From: an uncultured Clostridia bacterium
Lineage (GTDB): Bacteria; Bacillota; Clostridia; TANB77; UBA1234
NCBI GenBank assembly: GCA_947164995.1
Contig: CAMUYU010000004.1
Location: forward strand, 1-53,982
Reading direction: 5' to 3'
Length of the DNA stretch: 53,982 bases
Positions 8,040-16,205 of this stretch are shown here, in pieces (position 1 is the first letter of the stretch; each line of letters begins with the position of its first letter). The notes under the pieces are model-generated. The model had not been told where the DNA came from, ran no database searches, and worked only from the letters and a program-made list of their open reading frames with translations. The translations under genes and the position numbers were made by a program.

Positions 8040-9485
8040 TCATTCCCTTAGTCTAGCAATGTCTATGCTAAATGATCTTGCCAAAATTGAGGTAGATAGT
8101 AAGTCATTATCACCTACAACATAGCCATTTCCGGCATAATCTTCAATATAAATTACTAATCTACTTTCATCTGTGCTTCCATTTAAATCTTCTAAATATG
8201 CATATTGTTTCTTTAGTTCTTCCAATTCTCTATTATAATCTGCTAAATAAGATAAATGTGCAGCCCTTTTAGCATCTGCTTCAGATTGAAGAACAATAAT
8301 TCCGTCAACTGGGTGCTCATCTTCCCATCTACGATATGATTCGTTTTCCTCATCTATAGCATTTAGTATTTCGCTTTTTCTAGTTAGATAATCGGTAATA
8401 ACACCTTCAAATTCATATATCAAGTCCGTTCCATATCCATCCATCAAGAAATAGTCAACTTTGTTTCTTGCTTCAGCATTTGGGTCTCCACCACTTGCCG
8501 CTTCGCTTTGTGCTTGTGCAACATTAGCTCTATATTCATTTAAAGTTTTATATTTAATAAACTTTATTCCTGTTTCATTATCAAATGCATTAATTGTCCA
8601 TCCTTCATCAGTAAATATCGAAGATGGCGATCTATCATCAATCTTTGTAACATTTATTTTTTTAATTGTAACATTGCCAGTATCTGGTTCTTTAACATAA
8701 ATTGTATAAATACCATTGCTCTTTACAACAAGTTTTTCACCATACTTAAAGTTTCTTCTTGTATCTGTTTCAGGAATATTTTCTAATTCTTCTTGAGTTT
8801 TTGGACCTAAATCCCATTTAAATGTCCATCTATCCCAATCACTTTGGGTTAAGCTTCTCTTTGGTAAAACAACTCTAATACTTGCATCTTTAACCCAGTT
8901 TTGAGGATTGCCAACTATAACCACATCTTCTTCAAGAGTAGTATAATTGTCTTGCCCATTAACTAATCTAGAAGTTAGAGTATAATATGTAGTGCCTTGG
9001 TTATCGCCTTTTGCTTTATACTTTACTCCTTTTTCAACATATACTTTTAGCGAGCCTTCATTTACTATATAGCCATTATCTTGTATATTAGCATCTTTAA
9101 GGCTTTGAATTCCTCTATAGGTTTCCTTTAAAGACAAACCTTTTAATTGATTTAAATCAACTATATAGTATTTATCGCTATCATATTGCGATAATTGAGA
9201 AAGAAAAACATCTCTTTGATCCGTTCCAGCATTTGCTCCAATGTAATCAGCCATAGTATAAATATCTATTGCTTCATTTGAAGTTGTAGGCAATGTTCCT
9301 GTTTCAATATAGTAACTTTGAACTTTATCAGATATAGAATTTAAATCATAAATAAAATTCATAATTTCTGTTCTTTCACGAGAGCTACTTAAAGTAGAAA
9401 TTGAAACACCAGCTAGAATAAGGATTACGACAATAGCTATAATTAATACTATCATTGAATAACCTTTATTGTTCTTTTTAATCAT
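8040..9485 (-). CDS. pilin/pseudopilin-like protein with class III (prepilin) signal peptide
   Basis: KKNNKG|YSMIVLIIAIVVILILAGVSI; internal NGIYTIYVKE...VTKIDD Ig-like segment. Confidence 0.75.
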   Translation of the reverse strand: MIKKNNKGYSMIVLIIAIVVILILAGVSISTLSSSRERTEIMNFIYDLNSISDKVQSYYIETGTLPTTSNEAIDIYTMADYIGANAGTDQRDVFLSQLSQYDSDKYYIVDLNQLKGLSLKETYRGIQSLKDANIQDNGYIVNEGSLKVYVEKGVKYKAKGDNQGTTYYTLTSRLVNGQDNYTTLEEDVVIVGNPQNWVKDASIRVVLPKRSLTQSDWDRWTFKWDLGPKTQEELENIPETDTRRNFKYGEKLVVKSNGIYTIYVKEPDTGNVTIKKINVTKIDDRSPSSIFTDEGWTINAFDNETGIKFIKYKTLNEYRANVAQAQSEAASGGDPNAEARNKVDYFLMDGYGTDLIYEFEGVITDYLTRKSEILNAIDEENESYRRWEDEHPVDGIIVLQSEADAKRAAHLSYLADYNRELEELKKQYAYLEDLNGSTDESRLVIYIEDYAGNGYVVGDNDLLSTSILARSFSIDIARLRE

Positions 9486-9503
9486 AGTACTTCCTCCTAT
9501 TTT

Positions 9504-10742
9504 TTAATTCATTCCATGTTTTGCTAAATATAGTTTTCTAGCAGTTTCTGGGCTGTCATTTCCTGTTGCGTTTTTTATAGGTGCAAAGCAATCTTCTCTT
9601 TTGTATCTTAAAACACCCATCTTGTCTAATCTTTCAAAAGCATCAAAAATAAATGTTTCAAATTTATATGCATTTGGATTTTCTGGAACGTGAACATTTC
9701 CTTCTCTATCCATCATATTACATTTTTTATGTGCAACATGATATGGTAATTTTTCTTTAGAAATTCCAAGAATAACATCACAATTAAATAAGTTCATCAT
9801 TATATGTGCTTCAGAAAGAAGAAGTTCACCATTTTCCTTTTTTGCATATCTTAAATCATCTGTAAGTTCTGTATATTCAACTACAGAAGGCCTGCCATCT
9901 TTGTAACAAAGCATTCCAACTTTTTCATCTGGATTTTCCTTTATACATGAAATTGAAGTTGCCATATAATTATTCTTTTTTGAATAACCAAGTAATAGTG
10001 GATCTACCATTGGTGCTAACACATTATCTACACCACAAGTAAATACCCATTCAATTCCAGAATCTTGCAGTTCTTGCAAAATGCCATTCTTAACTAGTGC
10101 TTCAAATACGCCTCCGTGGCCATTTGCAGCTTCTTTGATTAACCCATTTTCATCAAGAATTAATTTTCCATCTTCGTCCAGCATTGGTAATTCACTCTGA
10201 CTAAAAAATGTTTTAATACCTTCTTCATAACCAAAGTAATTATTATTCTTGAAGAATTCTACTGTAGAATTATTGTTTTCTCTACTAGTCATAATGTACC
10301 ATGGCACTGCCACTCCATATTTTTCTTTTGCTATTTTAAACTGATCAACATATGTTTCAAATATTGTTTTGTGATTTGGAAGTCCAAAATCAAAAGTGCC
10401 TTTTGGTCCGTAATGTCCTAGTCTAGTGCCTTGTCCTCCCGCCATCATAATTATAGCAACTTTCTTGTTTTTAATAATGTCTTCTCCTATTTTAATTAAC
10501 TCATTTTTCTCTTCCTCAGAAAGAGCTTCCGCATCCTGAGCATTAATAGGTTCAATATTAAAATTATCAAATCCTCTAAATGATTGCGTTAAAGAATATA
10601 ATTCTTCGATTTCCTCAAAGTTCATATTAGCAACTTGAGAGATTAAAAAAGCTTTCTTCTCATCACTAGCAAGTTCGTATTGCCTAATTACATGCTCCTG
10701 ATTGTGTTTTTTCAACACTTCAAAAAATTCTTCTTCGTTCAT
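9504..10742 (-). CDS. UDPGP-family uridylyltransferase (UAP1-like UDP-sugar pyrophosphorylase)
   Basis: AGGQGTRLG..GPKG, NGHGG, VDN, VVEY, YKFETFIFDAF, FAPIKN motifs. Confidence 0.9.
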   Translation of the reverse strand: MNEEEFFEVLKKHNQEHVIRQYELASDEKKAFLISQVANMNFEEIEELYSLTQSFRGFDNFNIEPINAQDAEALSEEEKNELIKIGEDIIKNKKVAIIMMAGGQGTRLGHYGPKGTFDFGLPNHKTIFETYVDQFKIAKEKYGVAVPWYIMTSRENNNSTVEFFKNNNYFGYEEGIKTFFSQSELPMLDEDGKLILDENGLIKEAANGHGGVFEALVKNGILQELQDSGIEWVFTCGVDNVLAPMVDPLLLGYSKKNNYMATSISCIKENPDEKVGMLCYKDGRPSVVEYTELTDDLRYAKKENGELLLSEAHIMMNLFNCDVILGISKEKLPYHVAHKKCNMMDREGNVHVPENPNAYKFETFIFDAFERLDKMGVLRYKREDCFAPIKNATGNDSPETARKLYLAKHGMN

Positions 10743-11627
10743 TTTCTTACCCCACTTAAATCAAATTTTGGAACATATTCTTCTTCGTGTTCCCCGAAGT
10801 TCTTGAACGTAACCATTTTCAAAGTTTTGTATTAAATCTAATACTATTTCATATTCTTTCTTGGTAATTTTTCTATTTATCAAATCATCTTCTTTTGCTT
10901 TATATGTTGGAAAATATTGGGCCATAATACTGATATAAACATCCTTAGGTAGCTTTTCTTTAATCCACTCTAAAACTTTTCGCGTTTGTAAAACATTGCC
11001 CGGAATAATAAGGTGCCTAATTATCAATCCCTTTTTTATAATTCCGTTTTCATCAAATTGTGCTTTACCAACTTGCCTTTGCATTTCCAAAACAGCTTCT
11101 TTTGCGGTTTCAAAATAGTGTGGTATTTTCGAATATTTTAATGCAACTTCATCATCATAATATTTAAGGTCTGGTAAATAAATATCTATTAATCCATCTA
11201 GCATCTTGATAGTTTCCACGCTATCATACCCATTGGTGTTATAAACCACTGGAATTGTAAGCCCATTATTTTTAGCAATTTTGAGTGCTTCAGCAATTAC
11301 TTTTGCATATGGTGTCGGTGAAACAAGGTTGATATTATGAACTCCTTTTTCCTGTTGTTCAATAAATATTTCAGCCAGTCTTTCTATTGAAACCTCTTCT
11401 CCATATCTTTCTTGACTTATTTCATAGTTTTGACAAAAGATGCATGAAAAATTACATCCTGAGAAAAATACTGTTCCAGAGCCTTTAGTTCCTGAAATGC
11501 ATGGTTCTTCCCAGTTATGAACTGAAACTAATGCTAGTTTTGGTAAAACTCCACATTTACATACACCTAGTTTTTCTTCTCTATTAACATTACATCTAAA
11601 ACCACAAAGATTACATTTTTCTTCCAT
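10739..11627 (-). CDS. PflX-like radical SAM protein with a +1 frameshift near the 3' end
   Basis: HNWEEPCISG..GSGTVFFSGCNFSCIFCQN (CxxxCxxC); start ATG 11627 after SD AGGAAG; the 0 frame ends at 10761, the +1 frame gives GEHEEEYVPKFDLSGVRK ending at 10739. Confidence 0.88.
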
Positions 11628-11638
11628 TTTACTTCCTA

Positions 11639-12592
11639 TCAAATTGCATTTTTCCCAAAAATTTTAACGTTCCATTCTCTTCTTTTTATTAGCTTATATG
11701 CTTCTTTGCTTTGCCATGTTAATTTTTCTATTTCGCTTTTTTCTTCAGCTAACTTTTTTTCTAAGCTTTCTAATTTTGAAATATTTCTTGATAAAAGATT
11801 TGAATTTGTAGTCATATCATATCCTGGTGCTAATTCATATCTATCTAGTTTTTTAGATAACGAACTCGTGTAGCCTCTATCATATATTTGTTTGTAAATT
11901 TTATCTAATTCTTTTAATGTTTCTATATCTTGCTTTGTTTTTTGATATTCAGTAACATCACCATTATATGTTTCTTGTAATTCTTTTATTACACTTATTA
12001 ATAAGAAATACAGATATTTGGCTCCTGTTTTTCCTTTTCTAATATCTTCTAAAATTATTTCAACCGCTTCGCTTTTTGCAAATCCTTCTTTGTATTGTCT
12101 TTTTTGTGTAAGTGCATCATATATATCTGCAATTTTGATTAACTTAGTTTCTTCTGTTATTTCTTTGTCTGTTAATCCATCTGGATAACCGCTTCCATCA
12201 AGGTTTTCATGGTGTCCACGCACTATAGGTGCTAAATATTTAAATTGATCATAACCCATAACAATCTCATACCCATAGATTGTGTGCATCTTCATTATTT
12301 CATACTCTTCTTCGGTAAGTCTTTCTTGCTTTTGAAGAATTGCTGATGGAATCTTAATTTTTCCTACATCATGTAAATATGCACTTAGCATACATTGTTT
12401 TGTTGTTTCATAATCTAGGTCCATAGCTTCACATATTTTTTGAGTATTATTTGCTACACCAATAATATGTGCACTTGTAAATATATCCAATCCTCCAAGA
12501 ATAGCAAGCTCAACTTTAAGCTCTTTATCTAATTCAGCATAATTTATTTTATTTCTGTCTAAGACATTAATCTTTTTTATTTTATTAAACAT
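11639..12592 (-). CDS. HD-GYP domain protein (putative cyclic dinucleotide phosphodiesterase)
   Basis: HDVGK, HHENLDGSGYPDGL, IADIYDALT; coiled-coil-like C-terminus. Confidence 0.9.
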   Translation of the reverse strand: MFNKIKKINVLDRNKINYAELDKELKVELAILGGLDIFTSAHIIGVANNTQKICEAMDLDYETTKQCMLSAYLHDVGKIKIPSAILQKQERLTEEEYEIMKMHTIYGYEIVMGYDQFKYLAPIVRGHHENLDGSGYPDGLTDKEITEETKLIKIADIYDALTQKRQYKEGFAKSEAVEIILEDIRKGKTGAKYLYFLLISVIKELQETYNGDVTEYQKTKQDIETLKELDKIYKQIYDRGYTSSLSKKLDRYELAPGYDMTTNSNLLSRNISKLESLEKKLAEEKSEIEKLTWQSKEAYKLIKRREWNVKIFGKNAI

Positions 12593-12611
12593 TACATTCT
12601 CCTTTGTTTAG

Positions 12612-13415
12612 TTACAAAATAAAATAATATCCCTCAACTAAGTCAAAATCTATATAAGTATTTCCGTTCTTTAAAATTAAGTGAAATTCTTTTTCTCCAA
12701 AGTTTAAATCTAAATGATTTACAAAATAAAAGATTTCATTGCTCAATTCATCAAAAGAATTAAATTCTTTGTATCCAGAATAAACTATCTCTGCAAAAAT
12801 ATAGTTGTAATCAAACTTTTGATAATCATCAAATTGCTTTCTAATTTTTTCAAAAAGTTTGTTCTTTATTTGAATTACTTCTTCTTCTGTAAATTTTTCA
12901 TCACGTACAGCTTCAACCTTAACCGTACCATTGTTTTCTGGATAAGTTTTTATTCGACTCGAATACTTGCTTTGGTCCATATATTCTTTTAATCTTTGCC
13001 CATTTAGTTTATATGCCACAATATCTGTATGAACCTTCTCTGCCACCCAATCATTACTTGTGTATATTCTTGTGATTTCTATTCCATAACTTGCTCCATC
13101 TTTGGAAAATTCAAAGTCTGGAGTTTCTGTCTTTTTTATATAACCAGTAGTGATATTTAATTTTTCAAAAAATCTAAAAAGTTGATTAAATTCTCTAATC
13201 TCTTTGTAAAAAGTCGAGTTCTTTTTAATTTCTTTTGTAATATTTGCATTGTAATAATTAACATCTATGCTTGATGCTTTAATCTTTGAAACCTTTAATG
13301 TATATTTATTAAATCTAACAAGATTATCATCAATTATTGTCACACCAGCATTTTGCTCTATCATTCCTTTACTTTTGTGACAAGAAATAATCTCATTAAT
13401 GTATTTTTTTGACAT
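12612..13415 (-). CDS. hypothetical protein with possible PD-(D/E)XK nuclease-like motif
   Basis: ETPDF...GIEIT motif; ATG 13415 follows SD AAGGTGA. Confidence 0.55.
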   Translation of the reverse strand: MSKKYINEIISCHKSKGMIEQNAGVTIIDDNLVRFNKYTLKVSKIKASSIDVNYYNANITKEIKKNSTFYKEIREFNQLFRFFEKLNITTGYIKKTETPDFEFSKDGASYGIEITRIYTSNDWVAEKVHTDIVAYKLNGQRLKEYMDQSKYSSRIKTYPENNGTVKVEAVRDEKFTEEEVIQIKNKLFEKIRKQFDDYQKFDYNYIFAEIVYSGYKEFNSFDELSNEIFYFVNHLDLNFGEKEFHLILKNGNTYIDFDLVEGYYFIL

Positions 13416-13707
13416 TTTTTTCACCTTTTCATTGGTATTTGGGCATACTCCCTCATAATTTATGTTATTTTATTGTTATTGATTTTTCAATAGAATTAAC
13501 TAAATATTAAGATTTTTGAAATGTTGTTGTTAAATCTTGCCAAAACAGCTCTTTTTGTTCACAAAAAATACACATTTTTAATCTTTTTTATTCACATAAG
13601 TTTTATATTATAATATCGTAATTAGGCGAACAATGTTCGCTAAGAGCACAAATAATTTTTATTTTTATATGGCAAGTATTATAATTAGGCTATTGAAAGG
13701 AAGGATT

Positions 13708-15027
13708 ATGATGTCATTAGAAAATCAAGATTTTAATACTGAAAATTTAAATAGTGTTCCAAATCAAAGTTACAGCAGTTCTTACACACCTTATACACCA
13801 CCTACTCAAGACCCAGTATCAAAAAGTAAAAGTGAGAACTCTTCAATAGGAGCAAAAATTGTCACAAGCATATTGTTTTTATGCATTGGTTTTTCTGTTG
13901 GAACTATATATATGGCTTCAATAAACAAAAATCCAAGCGAAACAAAAAGCACTTCCTATATTTCAACAGTATCTTCAAACACTCCAGCTACAATTGTTAA
14001 CAAAGGTGATGCACTTTCTATAAAAGAAGTTGCTGCTATGAACCAAGATTCAGTTGTTGAAATAGAAATTGAAGCTCAAGGAAGAAGCTTTTTCTACGGA
14101 AATTACACTACTACAGGTTGTGGAAGTGGAATTATTATTTCTGCTGATGGCTATATTCTTACAAACAACCACGTAATTCAATCTGCAACTAAAATTAAAG
14201 TTCGTTTACATGATGGTACAGAATATGCTGCAACCGTTGTTGGTTCAGATGCAAAAAATGATATAGGTATAATTAAAGTAGATGCTAAAAACTTGAAACC
14301 TGTTACTATTGGAGATTCATCTAAATTATCTGTTGGAGATACAGCTATAGTAATTGGTAACCCACTTGGACAATTAGGTGGAACCGTTACAGATGGTATT
14401 ATTAGTGCATTAGAAAGAGAAATGAACATTGAAGGAAAGAAAATGAATTTGATTCAAACAAATGCTGCTATTAACCCTGGTAACTCTGGTGGTGGATTAT
14501 TTAATTCAAACGGAGAGTTAGTTGGAATAGTAGTTGCAAAGTCTTCTGGACTTGATGTTGAAGGATTAGGTTTTGCTATACCAGTAAATGATGTAACAAA
14601 TGTTATTAACGATATTCTTAAATTAGGATATGTTTCAGGAAGAGCTTATTTGGGAGTTTCTCTTGCAGATTCTAAGCAAGAACAAAGAGAATCTATGGGA
14701 GATGACTCTTTATGGAATTTCTTCTATGGCGGAAATATAGGTGGCACATTTACTACTACTTCTTATGGTGCATATGTTACTGCTGTTGAAGACGGTAGCG
14801 CTGCTGACGAAGCAGGAATTAAAGTTGATGATCAAATTATTTCTATAGATAACAATATGTGTTCTTCTTCATCTGATGTTTCTGCTGCAATTGCAGAACA
14901 TAGCGTTGGTGATAAAGTATCAATTGTTATTGTAAGAGATAATAAAATGCAAACTTTATCTGCAACACTTAAAGAATATAAAGGCCCTGCAAAAGAAGAA
15001 GAAGAAACAAAAACAAGTGAATCTTAA
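13708..15027 (+). CDS. htrA: HtrA/DegP family membrane serine protease with PDZ domain
   Basis: GSG..ILTNNHV, DIG, AAINPGNSGG catalytic triad, N-terminal TM, C-terminal PDZ; SD GAAAGGAAGG before ATG 13708. Confidence 0.95.
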   Translation: MMSLENQDFNTENLNSVPNQSYSSSYTPYTPPTQDPVSKSKSENSSIGAKIVTSILFLCIGFSVGTIYMASINKNPSETKSTSYISTVSSNTPATIVNKGDALSIKEVAAMNQDSVVEIEIEAQGRSFFYGNYTTTGCGSGIIISADGYILTNNHVIQSATKIKVRLHDGTEYAATVVGSDAKNDIGIIKVDAKNLKPVTIGDSSKLSVGDTAIVIGNPLGQLGGTVTDGIISALEREMNIEGKKMNLIQTNAAINPGNSGGGLFNSNGELVGIVVAKSSGLDVEGLGFAIPVNDVTNVINDILKLGYVSGRAYLGVSLADSKQEQRESMGDDSLWNFFYGGNIGGTFTTTSYGAYVTAVEDGSAADEAGIKVDDQIISIDNNMCSSSSDVSAAIAEHSVGDKVSIVIVRDNKMQTLSATLKEYKGPAKEEEETKTSES

Positions 15028-15041
15028 TTTTAATAAATAAT

Positions 15042-15075
15042 AAAAAGCGTATGCCATTTTGACATACGCTTTTTT
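15042..15075. terminator. bidirectional intrinsic terminator
   Basis: AAAAAGCGTATG...CATACGCTTTTT between convergent genes. Confidence 0.85.
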
Positions 15076-15082
15076 ATATTAA

Positions 15083-15469
15083 TTATAATATTTTTTCTCC
15101 TAATTCTTTTCCTGCAAGCATGTGAAAATGTAAGTGCATTACACTTTGTCCAGCATTTTTTCCACAATTAGAAATTATTCTGTATCCGCTTTCAGATACC
15201 CCTTTTATTTTAGCTACTTCTTTTATAGCCTTAAATATTTCTTTTATATATTTACCATCACATGGAGCTTCTTTTTCTTCTCCATCGTGGTGACAATTAC
15301 CTTCACCAAAATGTAAATCTTCAATATTTTCTATATGCTTTTTAGGAACAATAAGTGTATGAACTGGTGCTTGTGGATTTAAATCATCAAATGCTGCAAC
15401 AAATTCATTTTCATAAATCAATGTTCCAATTTCTCCATTTGCAATTTTACAAAAAATACAATCTTCCAT
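15083..15469 (-). CDS. histidine triad (HIT/HINT) nucleotide-binding protein
   Basis: CIFCKI, PQAPVH, GQSVMHLHFH. Confidence 0.95.
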   Translation of the reverse strand: MEDCIFCKIANGEIGTLIYENEFVAAFDDLNPQAPVHTLIVPKKHIENIEDLHFGEGNCHHDGEEKEAPCDGKYIKEIFKAIKEVAKIKGVSESGYRIISNCGKNAGQSVMHLHFHMLAGKELGEKIL

Positions 15470-15475
15470 TTCGAT

Positions 15476-16183
15476 TTATCCCCTTTCAAATACTACATAA
15501 AAACAGGTTTCTCCAGCTTCATTTTTTATACGAGCACAACCTTCGCCGTATGATATATATACTATTTCTTTGTACATTATTTGCTTCTTATAAAAACATT
15601 CAAAACCTTTAACTTTTAAGTCATCTGGTAAAACTTCAGATATTAAATCAAAGTATCTTGCATTATTTAAGTGATGATTTGTGTCTATGTCTCTTTTGCC
15701 AATTTCAAATACTTTTTCTGTTTCTATCACGTCATTATCTTTTGCTTTTCCAGTTTCCTCGCCTTCAAATACTTCTTTGTCTAATTTGCTATAAGCATTT
15801 TGCATTTCTTCTGGAACTCTCATTAGTTTTTGATTTTCTAAATCAAATAGTGCCCAGTTTGAGGAGCCTATAAACAATTTTTCTCCATCTTCACTAAAAA
15901 CTTCATAATCTCTTTTGGCAGTTACTCCTTTAAGTCCTCTGCTCCAAGTTCTACATTCTATTTCTTTATCTGCAACTGGATATTTAAAAATTCTAACTTT
16001 CATAGATGTAACAAGCCAAGCTTCTTTTAAATCCATCATTGCTTTTGTACCATATCCAAGTGATTCAGAATGAATTGTTGCGACGTTTTGTAGGTAATCT
16101 AAAATTTTAGACAATCTACATTTATCATTGGAATCAACATCGCTATATCCAACGTAAAATTTCTTTGCACATTGATATTCCAT
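15476..16183 (-). CDS. acyl-ACP thioesterase
   Basis: double hot-dog pattern, DIDTNHHLNNARY. Confidence 0.9.
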   Translation of the reverse strand: MEYQCAKKFYVGYSDVDSNDKCRLSKILDYLQNVATIHSESLGYGTKAMMDLKEAWLVTSMKVRIFKYPVADKEIECRTWSRGLKGVTAKRDYEVFSEDGEKLFIGSSNWALFDLENQKLMRVPEEMQNAYSKLDKEVFEGEETGKAKDNDVIETEKVFEIGKRDIDTNHHLNNARYFDLISEVLPDDLKVKGFECFYKKQIMYKEIVYISYGEGCARIKNEAGETCFYVVFERG

Positions 16184-16205
16184 TTTGCTTTTTCTCCTAA
16201 GTTAA

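Noticed and set aside
13421-13456. Short upstream ORF MREYAQIPMKR as a leader peptide
   Set aside because: No SD, no attenuator structure and no informative codon run
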